Below, in pieces: positions 1-8,061 of a DNA stretch of 64,000 bases. The stretch comes from Thermoplasmata archaeon. Its GTDB lineage: Archaea > Thermoplasmatota > Thermoplasmata > RBG-16-68-12 > JAFNFQ01. The notes beneath the pieces were generated by a model, which was not told where the DNA came from, made no database searches, and worked only from the letters and a program-made list of their open reading frames with translations. The DNA lies in the NCBI GenBank assembly GCA_041489255.1, contig JBGPQV010000006.1:32001-96000 (forward strand). The letters run 5' to 3'. Each line of letters starts with the position of its first letter. Positions within the stretch are counted from its first letter, which is position 1. The position numbers were made by a program, and so were the translations under genes.

Positions 1-178
1 CCGCGACGTCCCTGAGCGGCACGTAGCCCCGCAGGGCAACGGGCTGTCTCTCGCCCTTCTCCTTCCGCGGGAAGTAGACCTTCGTGTTCCGTGTCTGGCG
101 TGCTGCTTCCCGGATTCCCCTCGAGGCGTCCCGCAACGCCGTCACGAGCACTTGCCATCCGTCCGGTCTCTTGACCAT
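1..178 (-). CDS. Hypothetical protein, 5' part (MVKRPDGWQVLVTALRDAS...), runs off window
   Basis: ATG at 176-178 directly downstream of motif copy 185-197; frame open to window edge. Confidence 0.6.
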   Translation of the reverse strand, partial: MVKRPDGWQVLVTALRDASRGIREAARQTRNTKVYFPRKEKGERQPVALRGYVPLRDVA

Positions 179-203
179 TTCACTACCACCCGAAAAAGCT
201 GGC

Positions 204-662
204 CTACAGGCCAGTGGAGACCTGCACGAGCACCGCGTTGTACACCTGCAGCATCGTGTCGACGGACGAGAGCACGTCCTGCATCTTCTGCCGTTCCTCC
301 TTGAACCGCTCCATGTCCGCGCGGAAGGAAGTGAACTTCTCCGGGCTCATCTGGCCGTTGCGCGACAGCTCGACAAGCTGACCGACGTACTCCTGCAGCT
401 CGTTGAACGGTCCCAGCTCGACGACGGTGAACGCCTTCGGTCCCATTGTCCGCATCCGGTGCTCTGCCTCTCTGGTGTGCTTGCACTCTCTGGGCGCGGC
501 CTTGCCGTACTCGTCCTTCTCGCCCTTGTGCTCGTGGTTGAACTGCCACGACCTGCACTCGCAGTACCACCGCGAGCCGTCGTACATCACCTTGTAGAAC
601 TGACCATGCCTGGACTCGCTCTCGATCTTGAAGACCTTGATGGGTTCGACCTTCAATTCCAC
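204..662 (-). CDS. SWIM zinc-finger protein with C-terminal coiled region
   Basis: YKV...WYCECRSWQF...CKH matches the SWIM CxC-xn-CxH pattern. Start is GTG 662 or TTG 656, after a motif copy. Confidence 0.8.
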   Translation of the reverse strand: MELKVEPIKVFKIESESRHGQFYKVMYDGSRWYCECRSWQFNHEHKGEKDEYGKAAPRECKHTREAEHRMRTMGPKAFTVVELGPFNELQEYVGQLVELSRNGQMSPEKFTSFRADMERFKEERQKMQDVLSSVDTMLQVYNAVLVQVSTGL

Positions 663-700
663 ACCCGAAAAAGGAGGCTAATCGGCCCCGGAAAGACGCA

Positions 701-889
701 TCAGGTCTCATGCGTGAGGCCTTGGAGGCGCGCGGGGAACAGCCCGAACTTCACGCCGACCCGCTCATTCTCGTCGAGTGAGGCGAACATCTCCCGCAAC
801 CTCCTGAGTCTTGGTTGGCAAAGAGGACACTCGTCGTATCGTCCATCGTGCCACTCGTTGAACTGCCCTTGATGTCCCACTCTGACCAA
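701..889 (-). CDS. Small hypothetical protein (62 aa; H..H..CPLC putative Zn site)
   Basis: TTG start at 887-889 right after motif copy 892-905; same frame as track ORF 701..934. Confidence 0.65.
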   Translation of the reverse strand: MVRVGHQGQFNEWHDGRYDECPLCQPRLRRLREMFASLDENERVGVKFGLFPARLQGLTHET

Positions 890-911
890 TGCACCACCCG
901 AAAAAGCGGCG

Positions 912-1721
912 CTACTTGCGCCATGGCACGCCACGGACGTGCGGCTGCCTCAGTGCACCCGACGCCTCTGACGCCTTCCCCTCGACCGGCAGGTAGCGGA
1001 TGACCAGTCGCTGGATCGACCCCTTTGCTATCCCGTCCATGATCGACCTGTTGTTGACCACGACCTCCTGGTCGTAGCCCTTGTGGTTGATGTGGACCAC
1101 GAAGCCGCCCTTCTCGGTGATCTCGTGTCTGACGATGTCGAACTCCTCCTCGATCCACGCCTTCAGCTTCATCCACGCGTTGTTCCTCGTCGGCTTGTAG
1201 GGCATGTCGAGGTCCTTCACGATGATGCCCTCGGCGAGTTGCTGCCGCATGAATTCGAGATACAGGTCCACCTTGTCCTGAGGGCAGCCCCAGTAGCCGG
1301 ACACGTGTATGTGGCCGTTGAAGGCGGGCGACCCCTGGAGGTTCGCCAGCGCCTGCCGCCTTACAGTCAGCGGCTCTCCTGAGATGTCCTGTCCGTTGAG
1401 TTCCAGGAGGTCGAACGCCACCAGCGTCGCCGGCAGCGTCATCGACCTCAACCTGATCTCCTTCGGGTTGTCCACGTTCCTTTTCTGCAGCATGTGGAAC
1501 TGGCTGAGCCCGTTCTGCATGATGACTATCTCGCCGACCAGGACGAGCGCAGGGTCCACCTGCACCTCGGGGAACTGGTACGTCACGTCCCTGAGCCTCC
1601 TGTTGAAGAGTCGGCCGTTCTCGACGAGCACCATCATGCCGTCGTACTTCGGTTCCGCAATGGCGTTCTTCGGATGCCTCTTCGCGTCGTATTCTTGGCA
1701 CAGCTGAAATCCGTATTTCAC
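912..1721 (-). CDS. Minimal ATP-dependent DNA ligase (269 aa)
   Basis: Nucleotidyltransferase motifs I EPKYDG, III LVGEIV, IIIa VAFDLL, IV EGIIVK and V WMKLK, with a reduced OB-like tail. GTG start at 1721 follows the motif. Confidence 0.9.
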   Translation of the reverse strand: MKYGFQLCQEYDAKRHPKNAIAEPKYDGMMVLVENGRLFNRRLRDVTYQFPEVQVDPALVLVGEIVIMQNGLSQFHMLQKRNVDNPKEIRLRSMTLPATLVAFDLLELNGQDISGEPLTVRRQALANLQGSPAFNGHIHVSGYWGCPQDKVDLYLEFMRQQLAEGIIVKDLDMPYKPTRNNAWMKLKAWIEEEFDIVRHEITEKGGFVVHINHKGYDQEVVVNNRSIMDGIAKGSIQRLVIRYLPVEGKASEASGALRQPHVRGVPWRK

Positions 1722-1724
1722 TAC

Positions 1725-1828
1725 ACCACCCGAAAGGTGGTCGTCCCCCGAGGTCTTCGGAAGATCCGGTGCGCATCGGGGGGGAGTCATACCCCTCTAT
1801 GTAGAGAGCTCGCGGGGACCTCACCACC
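1725..1828 (-). promoter_or_regulatory. Structured RNA leader between two motif copies upstream of the ligase gene
   Basis: Outer stem GTCCCC(G)CGAG/CTCGGGGGAC with two inner hairpins. An ACCACC segment (1736-1741) is complementary to GGTGGT of both flanking motif copies. Confidence 0.5.
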
Positions 1829-1849
1829 CGAAAAAGAGCGTGGAGAGCC

Positions 1850-2593
1850 TCACTGGGTTTCCACTGTCCCCATTGGGATCAATATCGGCTGTCCTATCCC
1901 CGGCAGCATCGTCGACTCTGCGAGCTTCCTCTGGACCAAGTCGAAGAGCGGGTCGGGCTCGCTCGGGAGGACGACGTCGTCGGACTTGATGGACTCCATC
2001 AGGACCTTGGCCTGCGTCTTCACCTTCGGGTCCGCGGCCGCCATCGGCACGTCGTAGGGCAGCGGCTTGAGGTCCGCGACCTCGTAGGCGAGGAGGCACC
2101 CCTGCTCGTCCGCGACGACGACGTAGTGCCGCACCCTGTCCCTCGGCGAGAAGCGGGCCATGATCGCCATGCCCGTCTCCTTCAGCGTCTCGTGGACCGC
2201 CCTGAACGTCGCCCTCGACGTCTCGTTGCTCTTCTCCGGCGGGAGTAGCCTGTACGTCGCGCTCATGCCGTATTTCGACCCGACCCTCGAGAAGTCGACC
2301 GACTTCTCGACCTTGAACGAGTCGACCTTCGGCCTCTCCGCCTTCGCCTGCTCGAGTTCCTCCGGCGAGATGACGATGTACTCGCCGCTCCCGGGTTTGG
2401 GATAGCCCCGCTGCGGGACCTTCACCCACGAGGAGTACGTTTCTCCGCCCTCCTCGCACTTGACGGTCATCTTCGGTGGCTTTCCGTGACACAGGGTCTT
2501 CAGTTCGAACTGGTCGTCCTGCGTCGCAGAGAACACGCTCACGGGGACCTGGACAAAGCCGAAGTCCAATGCCGTATCCTTCATTCTGGACAC
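1850..2593 (-). CDS. ku: Prokaryotic-type Ku DNA end-binding protein
   Basis: N-terminal LDFGFVQVPVSVFSAT matches the Ku/YkoV consensus ISFGLVxIPVxLYSAT. Also RGY...GEYIVISPEEL, YRLLP and AIMARF elements. Adjacent to a ligase. Confidence 0.85.
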   Translation of the reverse strand: MSRMKDTALDFGFVQVPVSVFSATQDDQFELKTLCHGKPPKMTVKCEEGGETYSSWVKVPQRGYPKPGSGEYIVISPEELEQAKAERPKVDSFKVEKSVDFSRVGSKYGMSATYRLLPPEKSNETSRATFRAVHETLKETGMAIMARFSPRDRVRHYVVVADEQGCLLAYEVADLKPLPYDVPMAAADPKVKTQAKVLMESIKSDDVVLPSEPDPLFDLVQRKLAESTMLPGIGQPILIPMGTVETQ

Positions 2594-2617
2594 TCACCAT
2601 CACCCGAAAAAGGCGCT

Positions 2618-2992
2618 TTAAGCTGGCGGAGCCAGCCACTCGCGCACCCTGGTTATAGCGGATTCGAGGTCGCAGCGCACTGCCTCGTCTCCCTGGCGGT
2701 TCTCGAGGTAGTAGCCGCCGTCGACCATCCGTATGATGACGCCCGGCCTGTTGACCTCCCGCCATATCCACTCGTTCCTGATCTTGGCCACCTGCGACGC
2801 GACGTTCTTCGCCAGCGACTCCACGTCTTGGGGCGGAGCCTGCGTGACCATCGGCGGCGCCTCTTGCGGCGGCGTTGCCTGCGGCGCCCCAAACACCGCG
2901 TAGCACCCCTTGCAGACCTTCATCCCGCCCTCGGTCTCGACCAGGTCCTTTCCGCACTTGGGACACTCGTTGTCCGGTATCTTGGGAATCAT
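2618..2992 (-). CDS. Zinc-ribbon protein (CPKC-x-CKGC) with Pro/Gln linker
   Basis: Two CxxC pairs; ATG after motif copy 2995-3008. Confidence 0.75.
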   Translation of the reverse strand: MIPKIPDNECPKCGKDLVETEGGMKVCKGCYAVFGAPQATPPQEAPPMVTQAPPQDVESLAKNVASQVAKIRNEWIWREVNRPGVIIRMVDGGYYLENRQGDEAVRCDLESAITRVREWLAPPA

Positions 2993-3011
2993 TGCACCAC
3001 CCGAAAAAGGG

Positions 3012-3317
3012 TCACTTCCTGACCCGGCGATCGTCTATTACCTCGCTTACAGGATGGTCACCCATATACTGAACCTCGAGGAGATAGGCGACCTGAGGTA
3101 ACCTTTTCGGGTGGTGAGAATGAAAGAAGTCTACTGCCATTACGCTGGGGAGTGGATTCCGATGGGGCGGAGCCGAACACGATGCCCAAAATGCGGTGCG
3201 GTTGTCCACAACGCTCCTCTCGAGTAGCGAAGTGAGGAATTCGTCCCGTTCTGTCTGAGACATATCCTTCATCGCGTTCCGAATGTCGACCAAGACTGTC
3301 TCTACGGCCCTGTGCAT
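3012..3317 (-). CDS. Chimeric ORF created by an internal inversion (N-part of gene A, antisense middle, C-part of gene B)
   Basis: Starts after motif copy 3322-3335. The middle section 3075-3224 carries a motif copy and an ORF on the opposite strand. Confidence 0.5.
   Translation of the reverse strand: MHRAVETVLVDIRNAMKDMSQTERDEFLTSLLERSVVDNRTAFWASCSAPPHRNPLPSVMAVDFFHSHHPKRLPQVAYLLEVQYMGDHPVSEVIDDRRVRK
3120..3227 (+). CDS. 35-aa Zn-ribbon peptide MKEVYCHYAGEWIPMGRSRTRCPKCGAVVHNAPLE (truncated by inversion)
   Basis: ATG 3120 follows the only + strand motif copy (3104-3116); C..CPKC pattern; TAG 3225-3227. Confidence 0.65.
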   Translation: MKEVYCHYAGEWIPMGRSRTRCPKCGAVVHNAPLE

Positions 3318-3341
3318 TTCACACCACCCGAAAAAGTGAGG

Positions 3342-4832
3342 CTACACCGCCTCGAATATCTTCCCAGCGACGTCGTCGCCCTGCGTGAGCAGGTCGTACA
3401 GATGGTGGACCACGTCCGAGACCTTCTCGAGGCTCACGGCAGTCCCTCCTATGATGACGGAGTGCAGGCGGAACTGTTTCTTCTCCTTGACAGCCTTGAA
3501 CTCCTTCTCGAACTCCTCGGAGAAGTCGCACTCGCCGTCCGTGACCATTATGACGTCCGCCTTCTTGAACTCCTGCTTGTCGATGTCTCTGACGGCCTCA
3601 GACAGCGGCCGCTCGAAGTCCGTCCCGCTGTTGAAGAACGTCTCGGCCACGTCCATCAGGCGCTTCAGCCTCTCGCCCGGGGACATGTTGGGCTCCACGA
3701 CGACCTTCTCGAGCTCGGACCTCGAGCCGAAGTTGATCCACTCGATCGTCCTGCGGTCCCTCAGAGCAATCTCGGCCAGCGACAGGCCCACGGCTTTCGC
3801 CCACATCTCCCTCGTGATGCCTCCGCTGTCCATCCCCATCGAGCCGCTGTTGTCGACGCAGACTATGATGGGGCCGCGGCCGAACATCTCGCGGCCCTCC
3901 AGCTCGTACTGCAGCAGCTCCGACTTGACGTACTTCGCGTAGAAGTACGGCCGGCGCGCCGGAATCGCGAGGTTCGTCAGCTCCGACGATATGACCCTCG
4001 AGATGTTCCGGCCCATCGTTATGTCGGCTATCTCGGACGGCTCCTTGGTCACCCTGGTGTACCGCTTCTGGAACGCGAGGCGCTTGAAGCGGCCCAGTAT
4101 CTTCGCCAGCTCCCGTATCTTCTGGGAGTTCTGTATGTGGCGCATCAGCTGGAGCCGGTCCTTTCCTGGCAGTTTGGTGACCTGGCCGGGCTCCATGCCC
4201 CAGCCGCCGGCGAAGTCGTTGACCATCTCGATGTCGGAGAGCGCCGTGTTGATGGCGCCCCTGAACGCCGCCTTGACTGCGGGGTTCTGGCACGCCTGGT
4301 TGAACGCCTGTTGCGCCTGCTGAACCGCGTTCTGCAGCGCGGGCATCTTCTTGCTGAGTCGCGCTTGCAGCTTCTTGAGCTGCGGCGTCAGCTGGCTGAG
4401 TCCCGACAGGGCTTTCAACTGAGCGGCAGCCTTCTGCAGGTCGACCTGCCGTTTGGCGTACTCGTTGACCGCGTTCCTGTCCTCCTCGGGGAGGTTTTCC
4501 ATGAGTTCCCGCGAGATGACCTCGGTTGCGATCGCCGATGCTTCCCTCTCTCCGCGCGTGACCGTCCTGAGGCGCTGGTACTCCTGGGTTCCCATCGCCT
4601 TCTCGATCAGGTTCCTGTTGAACTCGTAGATGGGATCCACTTCCTCGGACGGACGCAGCATCGGGGCGTATTTCCACACGCTGTCGAAGACGTCCTGGCC
4701 GAGTTCGTGCGCCGTCGCGAGCGTCTTCCTGTTCAGCGTCTCCTGGAGGCGCTCCGATTCGTCGAACATAGACCTCCATGCCGCGACGTCGAACGGGTCG
4801 CACATCACTGTGTACTTGAATAGTTCGTCCAT
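3342..4832 (-). CDS. VWA-domain protein (ViaA-like MoxR partner)
   Basis: GPIIVCVDNSGSM (MIDAS DxSxS), SGTDF, DVIMVTDG; adjacent to a MoxR ATPase. Confidence 0.9.
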   Translation of the reverse strand: MDELFKYTVMCDPFDVAAWRSMFDESERLQETLNRKTLATAHELGQDVFDSVWKYAPMLRPSEEVDPIYEFNRNLIEKAMGTQEYQRLRTVTRGEREASAIATEVISRELMENLPEEDRNAVNEYAKRQVDLQKAAAQLKALSGLSQLTPQLKKLQARLSKKMPALQNAVQQAQQAFNQACQNPAVKAAFRGAINTALSDIEMVNDFAGGWGMEPGQVTKLPGKDRLQLMRHIQNSQKIRELAKILGRFKRLAFQKRYTRVTKEPSEIADITMGRNISRVISSELTNLAIPARRPYFYAKYVKSELLQYELEGREMFGRGPIIVCVDNSGSMGMDSGGITREMWAKAVGLSLAEIALRDRRTIEWINFGSRSELEKVVVEPNMSPGERLKRLMDVAETFFNSGTDFERPLSEAVRDIDKQEFKKADVIMVTDGECDFSEEFEKEFKAVKEKKQFRLHSVIIGGTAVSLEKVSDVVHHLYDLLTQGDDVAGKIFEAV

Positions 4833-4854
4833 TCACCACACCCGAAAAACGGGC

Positions 4855-6036
4855 CTACAGGCCCAGCAGCTCCTTCTTCAAACCCAGCTCGTCCTTGACG
4901 ATGCGTTCCTGCATCCCACGTCCAACGGCTATGTAGTGCTGGACAACGGACATGTCCATCGCCGCCTTCTCGCCCTGGGCGTATATGTCCAGCAGGGTCT
5001 TCAGCGCGTCGTTGATCTTGGACAGGGTGAACGTCGCCTCCGACGCCCTGTTCCTCTTCCCGTCTGGCGTGTCCGTCGGCAGCTTCTCGAGGTTCGCCAT
5101 CGCTATCTGTATCGCGTCGTGCTGCTCCTCCGCCTTCTTGAGCAGCGGGTTCGCGACGCTGAGAACCGCGCCCTGGACGAGCGCCTTGTGCTGCGGGTCT
5201 ATCCACAGCATGTGGCACAGGACGCCAAGGTCATCGACCAGCGCCTCGGTCCTGCCCTGGAGCCACGCCTTCGCCTTGACGACCTCCGTGGCCTCGTTGT
5301 AGCGCCTGTCCGAACCCTGGATGCCCTGACCGGTCAGCATCCTGCGTATCTGCGTCATGCCTTCCAGGACCGCGTCCGGCATGTTCACGAGGGAAGCCTC
5401 GACCTGCGCGGCGTGTATCTCGTCCAGCGTCAGCCGGACGGTCAGCCTCTTCGCGAAGTCGTCGAGCTTCTTCGGTCCCTTGAGCATCGCCATGAAGTGG
5501 CTGTCCTCCGACAGGTATCCTACCTTGTACCTCATCAGGAACCTGTCGTAGAACGCCTGGTCGTTCTCGTCGCTCGAGATCTCGTTCGATGCGGCCATCA
5601 GGACCTCGAGAGGGCACTTCTGCGGCGCCCCGTCGTTGTCGAACATCCGCTCGTTCATGATCTTGAGCATGGCGTCCCGTATGCTCTTGTTTCCCTTGAA
5701 TATCTCGTCCGCGAGGCCGATGTGGCACTCCGGCAGCCTGCCCTTGGTCACGCGCCTCCAGGAATCCTCCTGCAGCGCCTTGACCGACGGCGGTCCGAAC
5801 ACGTGGTCCGGCTCCGTGTACTTCGAGAACTGATGCTCCCAGTACACGGCCTGGTCGATCTGGTTCGCAACGAGGCGCATCATCAGGCTCTTGCTGGTTC
5901 CCGCGGGGCCCACGATGAACACGTGTTTCCTCGCCAGGAGGGCCAGCATCAGCCCGTTGACCTCCTCGGTGCGCTCCAGGATTATGCCGTTCATCTCGGT
6001 CTTGAGCTGGATGAACTTATCCCGTAGAGCGGTCAT
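4855..6036 (-). CDS. MoxR/RavA-like AAA+ ATPase
   Basis: Walker A GPAGTSKS, VFGP, GRLP, Walker B ADEIFK, MNER, AASNE, YDRF, SDRR. ATG 6036 follows the motif. Confidence 0.92.
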   Translation of the reverse strand: MTALRDKFIQLKTEMNGIILERTEEVNGLMLALLARKHVFIVGPAGTSKSLMMRLVANQIDQAVYWEHQFSKYTEPDHVFGPPSVKALQEDSWRRVTKGRLPECHIGLADEIFKGNKSIRDAMLKIMNERMFDNDGAPQKCPLEVLMAASNEISSDENDQAFYDRFLMRYKVGYLSEDSHFMAMLKGPKKLDDFAKRLTVRLTLDEIHAAQVEASLVNMPDAVLEGMTQIRRMLTGQGIQGSDRRYNEATEVVKAKAWLQGRTEALVDDLGVLCHMLWIDPQHKALVQGAVLSVANPLLKKAEEQHDAIQIAMANLEKLPTDTPDGKRNRASEATFTLSKINDALKTLLDIYAQGEKAAMDMSVVQHYIAVGRGMQERIVKDELGLKKELLGL

Positions 6037-6057
6037 TTTCACCTACCCGAAAAAGAC

Positions 6058-6222
6058 TCAGTCGGAGAGTTCCGCGTTGACCCCGAACACGTCGACAGGA
6101 TTCCCTCCCGCCACGTGCTCTTGCAACGTGTTTTCGAACAGCTCTGTCGCTTTCTCTATCGCGTCGTTGGAGTCTTCGGCCTCTACCTCATAATCTATTG
6201 CAAAGACGACCTTGAACTTCGT
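6058..6222 (-). CDS. 54-aa acidic phage-type protein (xKFKVVFAIDYEVEAEDSNDAIEKA...), apparent ACG start
   Basis: Fills the gap between motif copy 6228-6241 and copy 6044-6054. The VEAEDxxxA pattern is common in small phage proteins. The codon at the expected start position is ACG. Confidence 0.65.
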   Translation of the reverse strand, partial: TKFKVVFAIDYEVEAEDSNDAIEKATELFENTLQEHVAGGNPVDVFGVNAELSD

Positions 6223-6260
6223 GTCCTCACCACCCGAAAAAGAATCCCCCTCTGGGGGAT

Positions 6261-7229
6261 CTAGTCTTTCTTCTTGACCAGGGGCGCCATCAGCGTCACG
6301 TAGGTGTGCAGGGCGTCCATCTGTATCTGCACCTTGCCCATCGTGACCGACAGCAGCTGCTCGTACTCGGTCTTCTGCTCGGCGAGGTACTTCAGCTCCT
6401 CGACGAACCTGTTGAAGACGCTGGGGACTACCTCCTCCTTCCTGTCGATGATCTCCTTGACCTGGCCGAAGACCTCGTCCAGCCTCTCGAGGGTCGCCTT
6501 CTCGTACCTCTTGAGGAGGGTCGCCCTCTCGCTCTCCCGGTCGATCACCGGCAGGGCCAGCATCTCGCTCCCCGGCAGCTTCTCCACGACGCGGGACACG
6601 GCCTCGATTGGCCCCATGTTCGGTCTCGGGACGAAGAATATCCCGCCGGACTCCCTCAGCGGCATCCTGAAGGACCTGTACAGCGCGTCGCTGATCATCC
6701 CTCTGATGTCGTCCGCTGCGAAGGACTTGCTGTAGACGTCGAACCAGTGCCTTATGTACGGCTCTATGCCGTTGTCACGCGGCTCGAACGCCTGCCTCTG
6801 CTTGAACTCGACCGAGTTCCGGGCCTTGTCGAACCTCGCGGCCGCGACGACCGGCATGGCGTCCTTCGCCGAGTCCAGGACTCTCCTCACGATGACCATC
6901 GTGTCCGAGATCTTCTGCGTCCGCTTGGTCACGGGGTCCTCGACGTATTCGTAGTCGACGTGGTACTCGCGCCCCTTCATGGAGACGTGGTTCTCCGACT
7001 GGACATCCCTTACGGCTCGCTTGAACGCGCTCGACGGCCTTGTGCGCTTCGGCCAGAACTCCTGGGGAACGCCCTCGGCCGCGAGCATCTGCTCCAGCTG
7101 CTCGTGGGGGATGACCTGGTCGGATACGGAGTACCACACGACTGAACCCAGTGGCTCGCTCACGGAGACCTGCGCGACGGCAACCTTCGCCATCTGGTCT
7201 CTTCCGATCGGTATCTCTACCTCTCGCAT
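6261..7229 (-). CDS. Hypothetical protein resembling the DUF6744 family seen beside MoxR/VWA genes in mobile elements
   Basis: GSVVWYSV, P...AFKRA, LRESGGIFFVP and a helical C-terminus. Family call is from memory of these motifs. Confidence 0.7.
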   Translation of the reverse strand: MREVEIPIGRDQMAKVAVAQVSVSEPLGSVVWYSVSDQVIPHEQLEQMLAAEGVPQEFWPKRTRPSSAFKRAVRDVQSENHVSMKGREYHVDYEYVEDPVTKRTQKISDTMVIVRRVLDSAKDAMPVVAAARFDKARNSVEFKQRQAFEPRDNGIEPYIRHWFDVYSKSFAADDIRGMISDALYRSFRMPLRESGGIFFVPRPNMGPIEAVSRVVEKLPGSEMLALPVIDRESERATLLKRYEKATLERLDEVFGQVKEIIDRKEEVVPSVFNRFVEELKYLAEQKTEYEQLLSVTMGKVQIQMDALHTYVTLMAPLVKKKD

Positions 7230-7249
7230 TTACACCACCCGAAAAAGAC

Positions 7250-7492
7250 CTACCGCAGCAGAACGGACAGGTTCTTGTGTTCCTTCAGTCGGTTTCGTGT
7301 CCTCTGAATGAAGGTCTCGGGACATTCTCTCAGGAGGCGTACAAGGATGTCACGCGTTCCCATGTGGTAGGCATTCACTTCCGCTATCGTGACCGCCGTT
7401 ACCCGCGTCTTCTTTGCGAAGTCGTCGAGACCGACCATCTCGACAGCGCTCTTGAGCCATCGTTCGACAAGTTTGTCGAAGTTATCTCTCAC
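7250..7492 (-). CDS. Small hypothetical protein (80 aa)
   Basis: GTG 7492 after motif copy 7496-7508; ends just before the next copy. Confidence 0.7.
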   Translation of the reverse strand: MRDNFDKLVERWLKSAVEMVGLDDFAKKTRVTAVTIAEVNAYHMGTRDILVRLLRECPETFIQRTRNRLKEHKNLSVLLR

Positions 7493-7514
7493 TTTACCAC
7501 CCGAAAAAGCACGG

Positions 7515-8039
7515 TCATCCGACCGTGGTCGCGACGAGCCACCACTCGTCCGGCTTGGCTTCAATCTCCTTGATGCGGTCCTCGTCCACGCCACAGTGAT
7601 AGTTCTCAGGGTCATACAGGATGCCACAGGACGTCCAGTGTTGGGCGAGTATGTCGCCCGCGTTCCGAAGACAGTAGCCGACCATCCCCAGTTTGCGGCC
7701 CCTCTCGCCGCTTGCGGCCTCTTCAGGGACCAGTTCCTTGGTGCCGAACACCCCCGCCTCGTTCGCGTACCTCCTTGCCCCCTCGGTCCATTCCTGCACC
7801 GCTTCGATGCGGTGCTGCTCGAGCTCTCGGAGTCGAGCGACGAACTTCGCGGGGTCTTCCTTTGCACTCAGGACCTCTGCGTCGGAGTCGTCCTGCCACC
7901 CCAGCGCATCGACGTAGCCCTTGTCCCCCTCCACGAGGTCATGATTCTCGAAGAGGACTCCTATCTCGCCGTCCGCGGCCTTGATCGCCTCGTCACGGGT
8001 CGTCCCTTGGACCAGCATCATCATCGCGTATCCACTCAT
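7515..8039 (-). CDS. Hypothetical phage-type protein (174 aa; C-terminal PDEWWLV)
   Basis: ATG 8039 after motif copy 8042-8054; same frame as track ORF 7515..8324. Confidence 0.75.
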   Translation of the reverse strand: MSGYAMMMLVQGTTRDEAIKAADGEIGVLFENHDLVEGDKGYVDALGWQDDSDAEVLSAKEDPAKFVARLRELEQHRIEAVQEWTEGARRYANEAGVFGTKELVPEEAASGERGRKLGMVGYCLRNAGDILAQHWTSCGILYDPENYHCGVDEDRIKEIEAKPDEWWLVATTVG

Positions 8040-8061
8040 TACACCACCCGAAAAGGCCCCG

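Noticed and set aside
1722-1790. N-terminal extension of the ligase to ATG 1790, and similar extensions of ORFs 701..934, 7250..7867 and 7515..8324
   Set aside because: The extensions read through the intergenic motif (translated as xSGG); motif position indicates the shorter starts.
3312-6027. Long + strand ORFs 3312..4823 and 4630..6027, and similar overlapping ORFs across the window
   Set aside because: Antisense or alternate-frame shadows of GC-rich genes with clear motifs on the other frame; they carry no recognisable domains.
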